DNA of 64,000 nt from Candidatus Omnitrophota bacterium (GCA_022711395.1 JAKLFA010000005.1:132302-196301); one strand, 5' to 3'. Positions 40,424-50,135 are shown, numbered from the stretch's first letter. A program made the numbers and translations. Notes: a model not told the origin generated them from the letters alone.

Positions 40424-40687
40424 ATGCCGACCTATCAATATGAATGCAGCGGATGCGGCCATGCTTTTGAGAAGATGCAGTCTATCACAGAGGCGAAATT
40501 AACGGTTTGCCCTTCTTGCAAGAAAAGCACGTTGCACCGTTTGATCGGGACCGGTTCGGGCCTGATCTTTAAAGGAAGCGGGTTTTATCAGACAGATTAC
40601 AAAAACAAACCCTGTTCACCCAACACCTGCCCAGTTCAAAAAGATTCTGGCGGATGCTGCGCGGATTCTGGCAATTGCCAGCATTAA
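40424..40687 (+). CDS. FmdB-family zinc-ribbon protein
   Basis: MPTYQYECSGCGH...CPSC plus a Cys-rich C-terminus. Confidence 0.75.
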   Translation: MPTYQYECSGCGHAFEKMQSITEAKLTVCPSCKKSTLHRLIGTGSGLIFKGSGFYQTDYKNKPCSPNTCPVQKDSGGCCADSGNCQH

Positions 40688-40702
40688 GTTATGCCTTCCC
40701 TG

Positions 40703-40738
40703 AGCCCGGAGAAAATTCCTTCTCCGGGCTTTCTTATA
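40703..40738 (+). terminator. rho-independent terminator of dnaK-dnaJ-fmdB operon
   Basis: perfect 10-bp stem AGCCCGGAGA/TCTCCGGGCT, 8-nt loop, followed by TTCTTATAT. Confidence 0.6.
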
Positions 40739-40889
40739 TATTGGGAATAAACAAGTTATATGATGAAGGCTTTTTTTAAAGAATTTAATTTTATTAATAA
40801 TAGTATTCTGTTATCATTTTTTGGACTTAGGGTTAAAGAAAATCAGCTTTTTAAAGGAAAAAAGGGCGTTTTGCCCGCAGGATGATCGT

Positions 40890-42158
40890 ATGACAGAAAT
40901 AAAACCATTTTCAGCCGTGTTCTATAACAAAGATAAAGTTCATGACTTGGATTCCGTGATGTGCCCGCCTTATGATGTCATTTCTCCGGAACAGCAGAAG
41001 GCATATTATAAATTATCGGATAAGAATTTTATTCGGGTCTTGCTGGCTCAGCAGAAGTCAACCGACACAGAAAACGATAACAGGTATACTCGTGCCAAGG
41101 CGACATATGACCAATGGCTCAAAGACGGCACGCTGGTCCAGGATGACCGGCCGTGTATTTATTTTTATCGGCAGGAATACAAGGTCTTGGGCACCCGCCA
41201 CAGCCGATTGGGATTCATTTCGCTGATGAAGATCCAGGACGAAGAAGGAGCCAAGATCTATCCTCATGAAAAGACGCATGCTGCGGCGAAAGAAGACCGT
41301 TATAAACTTTGGAACGCGGTCAATTCCTGTTTAAGTCCGATTTTTGTTTGCTTTTCGGATCGAGAAAAAAAGGTGGAGAAGATCTTTGTTGGCGATGTTT
41401 CCAAGACAGCCCCTTTTATGGATATTCTGGATCAGGATGGCGTCCGGCACATTGTATGGCGCCTGGAAGACGACAAGTTGATCAAAAGCATCGTAGACGT
41501 CTTGCAGGACCAACCGGTTTTTATCGCGGATGGGCATCATCGTTATGAAGTCGCCCGCCAGATCAGGAACGCCCGCATGTCCCGTTCGGGAAAGAAGAAT
41601 GGGGCCGAGCCGTATAATTATTTGATGACGTATTTTACTAACATGGATTCCCGCGACCTGCAGATCTTTCCGATGCACAGGATCGTGAAAAAGTTCCCGG
41701 ATGATCTCGCTTTTTTGGAAGAATTCTTCAGGGTCGACCGTGTCAAAAAGCCTGAAGACCTGGTCGTTCTGGCGGCCAAAGCCGGCCACAACGAGCACGC
41801 GTTCGGTCTATACATGAAAAATAACATGTGTCTTTTGCGCTTAAAGAACAAACTCCTGATCGATAAAATGGTCAAAGAAGGCTCGCCGGAATATAAACGG
41901 CTGGATGCCGCTATTTTAAAAGCGTTCGTTTTTGATCAGATCGGCATCCCGTCAGAAGACATTACCTACACCAAGGACATGAATGACATTATTCGGATGG
42001 TGGACAGCGGAGAAGCCAAAGCGGGGTTTGTCATGAACCCGGTACGGATCCAGCAGTTGAAGAGCGTTGCTTTAAACGGCGAAAAAATGCCGCCCAAAAC
42101 GACATATTTTTATCCCAAGCTGTTGTCAGGGCTGACAATTTATAGATTTGATTCGTGA
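40890..42158 (+). CDS. DUF1015 family protein
   Basis: ~420 aa; conserved DUF1015 blocks (IADGHHRYE, FPMHRIV). Start chosen at MTEIKPF, which has an RBS; the ORF extends to 40821. Confidence 0.8.
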   Translation: MTEIKPFSAVFYNKDKVHDLDSVMCPPYDVISPEQQKAYYKLSDKNFIRVLLAQQKSTDTENDNRYTRAKATYDQWLKDGTLVQDDRPCIYFYRQEYKVLGTRHSRLGFISLMKIQDEEGAKIYPHEKTHAAAKEDRYKLWNAVNSCLSPIFVCFSDREKKVEKIFVGDVSKTAPFMDILDQDGVRHIVWRLEDDKLIKSIVDVLQDQPVFIADGHHRYEVARQIRNARMSRSGKKNGAEPYNYLMTYFTNMDSRDLQIFPMHRIVKKFPDDLAFLEEFFRVDRVKKPEDLVVLAAKAGHNEHAFGLYMKNNMCLLRLKNKLLIDKMVKEGSPEYKRLDAAILKAFVFDQIGIPSEDITYTKDMNDIIRMVDSGEAKAGFVMNPVRIQQLKSVALNGEKMPPKTTYFYPKLLSGLTIYRFDS

Positions 42159-42161
42159 CGG

Positions 42162-42224
42162 ATTCTAATATCAGCATTTTCCTGAGCGGTGTCTGATCAG
42201 GTTGCGGGTTCATGATATTAGAAT
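42162..42224. promoter_or_regulatory. 12-bp perfect inverted repeat ATTCTAATATCA / TGATATTAGAAT flanking a 39-nt spacer, followed by TTTTT
   Basis: seen directly in sequence between DUF1015 and accD; could be a terminator/attenuator or an operator. Confidence 0.4.
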
Positions 42225-42256
42225 TTTTATTACACCGGAATTTTCAAGGAGAACAT

Positions 42257-43102
42257 ATGCCTCTATTCGGTCGTCAAAAATATACCCTGGTGAAGGTCAA
42301 AAAAAAGAATATCCCGGAAGGGATCTGGTCTAAGTGTCCGGAATGCGAGGCTCCTGTTTATGTGAAGGCTTTGAAAGACAATTTGAATGTCTGTTTGAAC
42401 TGCCAATATCATTTTACGTTGACGGCGAAAGAACGGGTCGCGCTTTTGATCGATGAGGGGTCTTTTGAGGAGCTGGACGCCCATTTGATGTCAAAGGACC
42501 CGTTGAAATTTGAAGGACCGAAGACCTATGAATCAAAACTCGCCGCTGATCAGAAAAATACCGGGCTTCAGGATGCCGTGATCACCGGCCGGGGAATGAT
42601 CAATGGCCATGCAACGTATTTTGGGGTCACGGATTCTCAATTTATCATGGGGTCCATGGGATCTGTGGTTGGAGAACGCGTGACGCGCATGGTCGAGCAG
42701 GCCACCGAGCACAAAAAACCCGTTATTATTGTTTCTGGGTCCGGTGGGGGCGCGCGGATGTATGAAGGGATGTATTCTTTGATGCAGATGGCCAAGACCT
42801 GCGCGGCGCTGAGGCGCCATCATGAGGCCGGGGGGGTTTATATATCCGTTCTGGCCAATCCGACCATGGGCGGGGTCATGGCGTCATTTGCCGGCGTGGG
42901 GGACGTGATCATCGCGGAGCCCAGGGCGTTGATAGGTTTTGCCGGGCCGAGGGTCATTGAACAGACGACGCGCCAGCGTTTGCCGGAAGGGTTCCAGCGT
43001 TCAGAATTCTTGCTGGCCCATGGGCTGATCGATATGATCGTTGAACGCAAGGACCTGAAAAAGACAATAGCGGATATTATCGGGTATTCTCAGCCGGAAT
43101 AA
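42257..43102 (+). CDS. accD: acetyl-CoA carboxylase carboxyltransferase subunit beta
   Basis: N-terminal Zn ribbon CPECEAPVY...CLNCQYHF and a carboxyltransferase domain. Start chosen at MPLFG, which has RBS AAGGAGA. Confidence 0.9.
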   Translation: MPLFGRQKYTLVKVKKKNIPEGIWSKCPECEAPVYVKALKDNLNVCLNCQYHFTLTAKERVALLIDEGSFEELDAHLMSKDPLKFEGPKTYESKLAADQKNTGLQDAVITGRGMINGHATYFGVTDSQFIMGSMGSVVGERVTRMVEQATEHKKPVIIVSGSGGGARMYEGMYSLMQMAKTCAALRRHHEAGGVYISVLANPTMGGVMASFAGVGDVIIAEPRALIGFAGPRVIEQTTRQRLPEGFQRSEFLLAHGLIDMIVERKDLKKTIADIIGYSQPE

Positions 43103-43175
43103 AACAGTCGCGCGGGAAAAAACATTTTAAAGAACACCGTTTGAATTTTCCAACCAATAAGAACGCGATGACATC

Positions 43176-44282
43176 ATGGCACAGATCAGCCTGAAAAATG
43201 TGAGCAAGCTTTATAAGGGCGGCACGGTCCGCGCGGTCGATGACGTTTCTTTGGGGATCGAGAATAAAGAATTTCTGGTCCTGGTCGGGCCTTCCGGCTG
43301 CGGCAAATCCACGACCTTGCGCATGATCGCCGGCCTCGAAGAGGTTTCTCAGGGTGACATTTGCATCGGTGACCGTCGGGTCAACGATGTTCCGGCCCGA
43401 GACCGCAATATTGCCATGGTCTTTCAGAATTACGCTTTGTATCCCCACATGACCGTTTTTGAGAATATGGCCTTTGGCCTCAAGCTTCGTAAATATCCCA
43501 AAAGTGAGATCGAAAGAAGGGTCGTGGAGGCTTCGGAGATCCTTGGCATCAAGAGATATCTGAACCGTAAGCCGAAGCAACTTTCCGGCGGGGAGCGTCA
43601 GCGGGTGGCCCTGGGGCGGGCGATCGTCCGAAAGCCGCAGGCGTTCCTTTTTGATGAGCCGTTAAGTAATCTGGATGCCAAGATGCGTGTCCAGATGCGC
43701 AGCGAGATCCATAAGCTGCGCATCCGTCTGCAGACAACGTTCGTTTACGTTACCCATGACCAGACGGAAGCGATGACATTGGGCGACCGCATCGCGGTCA
43801 TGCGGGACGGACGGCTTCAACAGTGCGCGGACCCGATCAGCCTGTATGAGAAACCGGTCAATAAGTTCGTGGCGAGTTTCATCGGCTTACCGCCTATCAA
43901 TCTCATGAGCGGCCGGATCATCAAGAAAGACCGCAAAATGTATTTTGACGAAGGCCGTTTTAAAGTCGAGCTTGTTCAGACGATGTATTCCAAGATCGCG
44001 CCGTATGAGGGCAAAGAGATCATCTTTGGTATCCGGGCTGAGGACATTTATGATAAATTATTCACTTCCGAGGCGTCTCCTGAAAATACGGTCAAGGCGA
44101 CCTGTGAAGTTGTTGAACCGATGGGTTCAGAGGTATACTTATATTTGAATTCTGGAAAAAACACTTTCATTGCCCGTGTCGGAGCGCATAATCGTCCGGA
44201 AGTGAATCGGGATATGGACCTGGTGTTCGACATGAACAAGGTGCATTTCTTTGATAAAGACACAGATGCGACAATTATTTAG
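43176..44282 (+). CDS. sugar ABC transporter ATP-binding protein (MalK/MsmX/UgpC family)
   Basis: Walker A GPSGCGKST, signature LSGGERQRVALGRA, Walker B FLFDEPLSNLD, C-terminal TOBE domain; no permease or SBP genes adjacent. Confidence 0.9.
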   Translation: MAQISLKNVSKLYKGGTVRAVDDVSLGIENKEFLVLVGPSGCGKSTTLRMIAGLEEVSQGDICIGDRRVNDVPARDRNIAMVFQNYALYPHMTVFENMAFGLKLRKYPKSEIERRVVEASEILGIKRYLNRKPKQLSGGERQRVALGRAIVRKPQAFLFDEPLSNLDAKMRVQMRSEIHKLRIRLQTTFVYVTHDQTEAMTLGDRIAVMRDGRLQQCADPISLYEKPVNKFVASFIGLPPINLMSGRIIKKDRKMYFDEGRFKVELVQTMYSKIAPYEGKEIIFGIRAEDIYDKLFTSEASPENTVKATCEVVEPMGSEVYLYLNSGKNTFIARVGAHNRPEVNRDMDLVFDMNKVHFFDKDTDATII

Positions 44283-45546
44283 TTCCCGCCTGGCTTTGGG
44301 GCTTATCTTCAGCCTTCCTTTAGCTGGTTTTTGCCTTTATGTCGTTTTTTTGCAACCCCGTTTTCTCTTATCGTTTAGCGCGTCCCTTGTTTTTTTGCTG
44401 GGTATTTTTGTTTATCAGCACTTCCGGCTCGTTTGGTTGCGGGCCGAAGCTGAGCTGAAAAGACAGGATTTCCAGGAAAAAGCCAATTTGCTTGAAGCTC
44501 AGATCGAGCGCCAGTGGGTGGCGCTTAAATCCGCGCGCAAGAAACTGGTGGATTATTTTGAACTGAAGACGATCGCCGAGAAGCTGAACCAGAGTTTTTC
44601 GCTTTCGGATACATCCAGCGTGCTTTCTACCGAGGTTAGCAAACTGTTCGGGCATAAGGACCTGACGGTGATCCTCTATATTTTTCACTCCAAAACGGGA
44701 GAGCTGGGGATTTCGGCTTCCCATAAAGGGCAGATGGAGGTCAATATCAAGGCCAAAAAAGGCGATGTGTATGATCAATGGGTGGCCAAGAATCTGCAGC
44801 CGCTGCTGATCGAGGACACCGCGCGGGATTTCCGTTTTGACGCGGAAAAGATCAAGGTCGAGGATGACAGAACGATCTCTTCCTTGATGAGCGTTCCGAT
44901 GATGATCGGCGGTAAAGCGATCGGGATCCTTCGCATTGACAGCCCGGTGGAGAATTATTTTCAGACCGAACATATTCGGCTTTTATCGACGATCGGGGAC
45001 CTTGGCGCGGTCGCCATTGAGAACGCCCAGCTTTATGAAAAGATCGAAGAGCTTTCGATCCGGGACAGTTTGACGGAGCTGTATTTGAGAAGGCATTTTT
45101 TGCAGCGTTTAACTTATGAAATCAACCGGGAGATCCGTCAAAAAAAGGAACTGTCGTTCGTTCTGGTCGATCTGGATTATTTTAAAAAATACAATGACCA
45201 GTTCGGCCACATGGCCGGTGACATCGTGCTGAAGACGATTAGCATGCTTTTGGTGGAGGTTTTTAACATCCCCGGCAGCCTGGTGTGCCGTTATGGTGGC
45301 GAGGAGTTCGCCGTGTTCTTGCCGGATTGTTCCAAAGAACGGGCGGCGCAGTTAAGTGAAGAGTTCAGGGAGCGGGTCGCGGAGCAGGCGTTTTATCTCA
45401 AAAGGCAGGAGACCCGAATGACCGTTTCGGTGGGGGTCGCCTCACTTCCGCAGGACGGGATCTTGCGCGAACAGCTGATCGAAAAGGCGGACCGGGCGTT
45501 GTATAAGGCCAAACAGAGCGGCCGGAACCGCGTTTGCGTTTCGTAA
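44251..45546 (+). CDS. GAF-GGDEF diguanylate cyclase (membrane-anchored)
   Basis: two N-terminal TMs, coiled coil, GAF-like region, GGDEF domain with RYGGEEF active site and a possible I-site. Confidence 0.85.
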   Translation: MIKTQMRQLFSSRLALGLIFSLPLAGFCLYVVFLQPRFLLSFSASLVFLLGIFVYQHFRLVWLRAEAELKRQDFQEKANLLEAQIERQWVALKSARKKLVDYFELKTIAEKLNQSFSLSDTSSVLSTEVSKLFGHKDLTVILYIFHSKTGELGISASHKGQMEVNIKAKKGDVYDQWVAKNLQPLLIEDTARDFRFDAEKIKVEDDRTISSLMSVPMMIGGKAIGILRIDSPVENYFQTEHIRLLSTIGDLGAVAIENAQLYEKIEELSIRDSLTELYLRRHFLQRLTYEINREIRQKKELSFVLVDLDYFKKYNDQFGHMAGDIVLKTISMLLVEVFNIPGSLVCRYGGEEFAVFLPDCSKERAAQLSEEFRERVAEQAFYLKRQETRMTVSVGVASLPQDGILREQLIEKADRALYKAKQSGRNRVCVS

Positions 45547-45563
45547 GACAGGAGAAGTGTTTT

Positions 45564-46580
45564 ATGGTCGTGGCAGGTTTTCTACTTTTTCTTTATTGTG
45601 CGGTCACGGCGGGGGCGATGGCTTATTACATCGTGCTGAAGCAGGAGGACTGCGAGCTGGAGATCCTGAAGGCTAAAGAACGCTTTCAAAAATACATTTT
45701 GCAGGAAGACAGCATTCTGCAGGAACGTCAGGAGCTGGAGGACAAGGTCAGCCGGGTCTACACGCTTTACGACATCACAAAAGAGATCACCAAGACATAT
45801 GATAATGACGAGGCGTTTCAGATCTTTCAGCAGCGCCTGCGGGACCACGCGCAGTATGAATATTGCCTTTTGTTAAGTCCTCTTTCATCTGAGGTGAGCG
45901 CCTTAAAAAAAGACCCGGAACATCTTGTTTTTCCGGCCAAAGGTAAAAAGGAGCTGCTTGGGTATTTGGCGATCAAGGGCGGGCGAGAGGAAGATAAGGA
46001 CATCATTGAGATCTTGACCAATCAATTCGCGCTGGGTTTGCGGCGGATCCATTTGTATAAAGAAGTCGAACGGCTGGCGATCACGGATAGTTTGACCCAG
46101 GTTTTTACAAGGCGGTATCTGATGGAGCGCTTTACGGAAGAAATGAACCGGGCCAAAGCCAAGAACGTTAATTTGGCGTTTTTGATGCTGGACATAGACC
46201 ATTTCAAGAACATTAACGACCAATACGGGCATTTGGCCGGTGACCATGTTTTGAGAGAGGTGGCGAAGGTCATTAAAGAGGCCGTGCGCGAGATCGATAT
46301 TGTGGGGCGATACGGCGGGGAAGAGTTCTCTGTGATCCTTCCGGACACCAACCGTGAAGGGGCGCATTATGTGGCGGAACGCGTGCGTTCTGTGGTTGAG
46401 GCGCGGACGATCCGCGCGTATGACAAAAATATCCATGTGACGGTCAGCATTGGATCGACCGCTTTTCCGCATGACGGCAGAAAGATCTCTGAATTGATCG
46501 ACAAGTCTGACTGGGCGCTCTACCGCGCTAAAAAACTCGGGCGGAACCGTGTCTGCGCGTTCGGCGTCTATGAGGAATGA
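45564..46580 (+). CDS. GGDEF diguanylate cyclase (membrane-anchored)
   Basis: N-terminal TM, coiled coil, GGDEF with RYGGEEF. Start at MVVAGF has RBS AGGAGA; the ORF extends to 45534. Confidence 0.85.
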   Translation: MVVAGFLLFLYCAVTAGAMAYYIVLKQEDCELEILKAKERFQKYILQEDSILQERQELEDKVSRVYTLYDITKEITKTYDNDEAFQIFQQRLRDHAQYEYCLLLSPLSSEVSALKKDPEHLVFPAKGKKELLGYLAIKGGREEDKDIIEILTNQFALGLRRIHLYKEVERLAITDSLTQVFTRRYLMERFTEEMNRAKAKNVNLAFLMLDIDHFKNINDQYGHLAGDHVLREVAKVIKEAVREIDIVGRYGGEEFSVILPDTNREGAHYVAERVRSVVEARTIRAYDKNIHVTVSIGSTAFPHDGRKISELIDKSDWALYRAKKLGRNRVCAFGVYEE

Positions 46581-46614
46581 AATGATCAGAAGGAACTGTA
46601 ATGGAGGAACGATA

Positions 46615-48162
46615 ATGAACCGTAAAGCGCAGCATGTCATTGAATATTTGCTCCTTATAGCCAGCGTCATGGTTGTTTTTTTGGTCATTGCCGGACCGAT
46701 GGGATTTATCCGCAGAGGGGTTGATGACTCGATCAACCGGACGATGAACCTGATCAAGCCGGAAGATCCCGCGCGGGAGCTGACGGAATATTACTGGTCT
46801 TCTGCGAACTGTGATTGTTCCGGGTCGCGGCAATGCGTTTATCCGGGAGGGGATGAGATCTTTGTGATCTGCCGTTTCCGATGTGTCAGTAAAGATACGG
46901 GGGGAGTGGTTGATGACTGGTTCTGTTTGAATTTGCTGGGCTATAAACCTGCTCAGCGTTCCAGCTGTGGGAACCAGCCCTGTTGCGGTAACGGAGCGTT
47001 TGAGCCGTCCTATGGAGAACAATGCGACGCCAGCGCGGGTTTTACGGAGACGTGTGAAAGCCGTTTCGGGTCACAGCCCCATGGCTGGAGCGGTAGCGTG
47101 CGTTGCACGGATGATTGCAAGATTGCAGATGATTGCGGCGCGAACCCGCCTCCGAGGCCGGATGTATGCGGTGATAATAAATTGACGGGATCCGAGGATT
47201 GTGATGTCGTGAACGGGAACGCTGTTTTCAGGACAGGACTGTCCGCGGGATGCACGGACTATGTTTCAGCGGATGGCCAACCGTTTGAGGGAGGGGTCTT
47301 GGGATGTAATACGAGCGGCCAAACATGCACGATTGATAAGGGGAATTGTTATATCTGCGCTCCTGGAGATGAAGCGCGGTGCGGGAGCGGGCTGGAATCA
47401 AGGCCGGACCCACAATCTTCGGAAGATTGTTTCAGGAACGGGACCGAGTTTGTCAGCCGTCTCTGCACGCGGGAAAATGGCACGACGTTTTCTCAGGCCG
47501 AATGCCGTTCTAATGAGCAATGCGGAACGGGGTGCGCGATCATCGAGGATTACGCGACGCCTTGCCCGAATTCGACCACCCCAGCGAGCGGGGCCACACG
47601 GCCCTGGAGGTATGTTGATACGGTCCAAGGCTGTGATATGAATAACAATAATCCATTGATGAGCAAGACGTGCCTGGCTTGGTGCAATGGGGATCTGGAG
47701 AGCTATACCTATGGCGCTAACCGGACCGCGTGCCGGTGCCCTAAAACGGGGTTTGTGTTCGACCCTGTCGATCAAACATGCAAGTGTCCTTCGCCGCCTT
47801 TTGTGCTGGATGCCGATGGGAACTGTTTGCTCCCGGGCACATGGCTGAATGTGGATAATTCATCCAAAGATTGCGCCAGCACATGCGCGACCGCGAGCAT
47901 GTCTTCCGGACCGTCTCCGGAAGGGATGGTTTGCGCCTCCGGTGAGAACCGTCCCCAAACGGGACAAGGCGTCATCAGTTATGTTCACGGGATTTGGGGA
48001 GGGGATCGTTGTTTGCATGAGATCACGGAAGGGCCGATCGATATGACCCTTGTGCACGTTGAGTCCAAAGACCGGTATGAGTGTTACAGGCCGGGCCAAA
48101 AGAGAGATCATGACGCCACAGATATTCTGGTGGCGTGTTATTGTATCGTGGCTGAAAATTGA
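46615..48162 (+). CDS. large secreted Cys-rich protein with Flp/TadE-type (class III signal) pilin-like N-terminus, paralog 1
   Basis: start MNRKAQHVIEYLLLIASVMVVFLVIAG with RBS GGAGGA. About 50 Cys residues. N-terminal 300 aa ~60-70 % identical to the next gene. Confidence 0.7.
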   Translation: MNRKAQHVIEYLLLIASVMVVFLVIAGPMGFIRRGVDDSINRTMNLIKPEDPARELTEYYWSSANCDCSGSRQCVYPGGDEIFVICRFRCVSKDTGGVVDDWFCLNLLGYKPAQRSSCGNQPCCGNGAFEPSYGEQCDASAGFTETCESRFGSQPHGWSGSVRCTDDCKIADDCGANPPPRPDVCGDNKLTGSEDCDVVNGNAVFRTGLSAGCTDYVSADGQPFEGGVLGCNTSGQTCTIDKGNCYICAPGDEARCGSGLESRPDPQSSEDCFRNGTEFVSRLCTRENGTTFSQAECRSNEQCGTGCAIIEDYATPCPNSTTPASGATRPWRYVDTVQGCDMNNNNPLMSKTCLAWCNGDLESYTYGANRTACRCPKTGFVFDPVDQTCKCPSPPFVLDADGNCLLPGTWLNVDNSSKDCASTCATASMSSGPSPEGMVCASGENRPQTGQGVISYVHGIWGGDRCLHEITEGPIDMTLVHVESKDRYECYRPGQKRDHDATDILVACYCIVAEN

Positions 48163-48203
48163 AGCCGGGAAAACGCCGGAGCCCATAAAGGAAAGAGAGA
48201 TCA

Positions 48204-50135
48204 ATGAATCGAAAGGCGCAGCAGATCATTGAATATTTGCTTTTGATCGCCAGTGTCCTGCTTGTTTTTCTTGCTGTTTCGGGACCGAACGGCTTCATTC
48301 GGGTGAGGATGGAGGATTCCATTAACCGGACCCTGAATTTGATCAAGAAGGATGACCCGGCGGGTTCTGCTCCGTATTTCTGGTCTGCGGCCAATTGTGA
48401 TTGTTCCGGCCAGCGATCTTGTGTTTATCCGGGCGGTGATGAGGTTGTTGTGACATGTTCTTATGCATGCATTAATAACCTTACCCACGCTCCGGTCAAT
48501 GACTGGCTCTGCTTAGATTCTTTAGGATACAAACCTTCAAGCGAGATGGGATGCGGGGATGATCCCTGTTGCGGGAACGGGGCCTTCGATCTTGCCTACG
48601 GGGAGTTCTGTGACGCCAGCGCGGGTTTTACGGAGACATGTGAAAGCCGTTTCGGGTCACGTTTATACGGCTGGAGCGGAAGCGTGCGCTGCACGAATGA
48701 TTGCAAGATCACGGATGATTGCGTCGAGAATCCTCCTCCGCCGCCTGATGTCTGCGGGGACAATAAGCTGACCGGCAGTGAGGTTTGCGATGAGGTGGCC
48801 GGTGTGGATATTTTCGCGCCGGGAGTTCCTGGAAACTGCACGGACTACATGGTAAGCGGCCATTTTTTTGAAGGAGGCATCTTGGGTTGTGACACAAGCG
48901 CGGACCCTTGCAAGGTGGACACGGGCGACTGTTATCGCTGCGGAGCATGGGGAACCGGGACGTGCGGGACCAGGACGGGTGCTTCGAGGGCCAATCCCAC
49001 ATCACCGGCCCATTGTTCGAAGGACGGCACGGAATTCCTCAGCCGCAATTGTACACGGGGCGATGGAACAACTTTCCTGCAGGGGCAGTGCCGGACCAAC
49101 CCCGCCTGCGGCAATCAATGCGGCATTAGGGAAGATTATTCGACCCTTTGTCCCGGGTCATCAACCTATAGTTACGATCATGACTGGCAATACGTCGATG
49201 ATTTGGCGAATTGCACAGCGGAAGACTGTGTCGCTTATTGTAACGGCGATCTGGTCGTCAGAAGCGGGGGCTGCCACTGCCCTAAGAACAATTTTGTGTT
49301 CAATAGCGAAACGGAAAAATGTTTCTGCCCAAGCCCGTTTGTCATCGTCACCGGCAATTGTCAGCTTTGCGGTAACAGAACATGCGAATCAGCGCCTCCC
49401 GCTAACGAGACTTGCGAGAATTGTCCTGTGGATTGCGGCGAGTGTGACACTCCCGATGATTACGGGGCCTGGCAGAGAATTTCGACGGATGTGTATGGTT
49501 CTTGGAGCCCCATCTCCGGAGGCCGTGAAGTTACGGGAAGCTGTATCGCTAATTACCGCATCCCAAGGGATACGTGTTCGATTGTTGCCAGCGGCGATCA
49601 GTTGCGTGAATTTACTTGCGGGCGGGATGATTGCATCAATTTTTGGGGCTATATCACGCAATTTACCCCGCAGTGTGACGATTCAAGGACCTGCACGGAT
49701 GTCGTTGTCTGGGATACAACGAGGTTACAGGCTAAGTACCGGACCCGCAGCGTGGAATGTAACAATCCGGACATTTATAACCCGGACCGCTACGGGTCAT
49801 GGTCGAGCTGGACGACGATCAATGGTTCATGTTACGACATTCCTTATCGGGACCGGGAGACCTGTGATTATGCTTTTGAGGATTATCCTTACGAATGTGA
49901 ATCTTTCGAAAACAATAAAGATTGTAATGACGTGGAGTGCCAAAATCTTGGCAACGTTCAATATTGCACCTATAAAGAACGAGAGGTCAAATGCTTCAAC
50001 GGCGGGGAAGACACCTGCGATAATAACTCGTTGGCTTCTTATACTTGTCCGGACGGAGTGGCCAAGCCCGCCTGCCGCGATGTGAACCTTTATCAGGGGA
50101 TAGGAGGTTCTTACCGCACGGTGACGTGCAACTAA
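48204..50135 (+). CDS. large secreted Cys-rich protein with Flp/TadE-type pilin-like N-terminus, paralog 2
   Basis: start MNRKAQQIIEYLLLIASVLLVFLAVSG with RBS AAAGGAAAGAGAG. 643 aa and very Cys-rich. Shares the CDCSG, CCGNGAF and GFTETCESRFGS modules with paralog 1. Confidence 0.7.
   Translation: MNRKAQQIIEYLLLIASVLLVFLAVSGPNGFIRVRMEDSINRTLNLIKKDDPAGSAPYFWSAANCDCSGQRSCVYPGGDEVVVTCSYACINNLTHAPVNDWLCLDSLGYKPSSEMGCGDDPCCGNGAFDLAYGEFCDASAGFTETCESRFGSRLYGWSGSVRCTNDCKITDDCVENPPPPPDVCGDNKLTGSEVCDEVAGVDIFAPGVPGNCTDYMVSGHFFEGGILGCDTSADPCKVDTGDCYRCGAWGTGTCGTRTGASRANPTSPAHCSKDGTEFLSRNCTRGDGTTFLQGQCRTNPACGNQCGIREDYSTLCPGSSTYSYDHDWQYVDDLANCTAEDCVAYCNGDLVVRSGGCHCPKNNFVFNSETEKCFCPSPFVIVTGNCQLCGNRTCESAPPANETCENCPVDCGECDTPDDYGAWQRISTDVYGSWSPISGGREVTGSCIANYRIPRDTCSIVASGDQLREFTCGRDDCINFWGYITQFTPQCDDSRTCTDVVVWDTTRLQAKYRTRSVECNNPDIYNPDRYGSWSSWTTINGSCYDIPYRDRETCDYAFEDYPYECESFENNKDCNDVECQNLGNVQYCTYKEREVKCFNGGEDTCDNNSLASYTCPDGVAKPACRDVNLYQGIGGSYRTVTCN

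Noticed and set aside
46549-46614. Upstream in-frame start (MSARSASMRNEMIRRNCNGGTI) for the first Cys-rich protein
   Set aside because: It overlaps the GGDEF gene end. A strong RBS (GGAGGA) precedes the ATG at 46615. The paralog at 48204 starts with the same MNRKAQ and its own RBS.
45903-46757. 284-aa minus-strand ORF
   Set aside because: Antisense to the second GGDEF gene and the start of the Cys-rich gene; no support.
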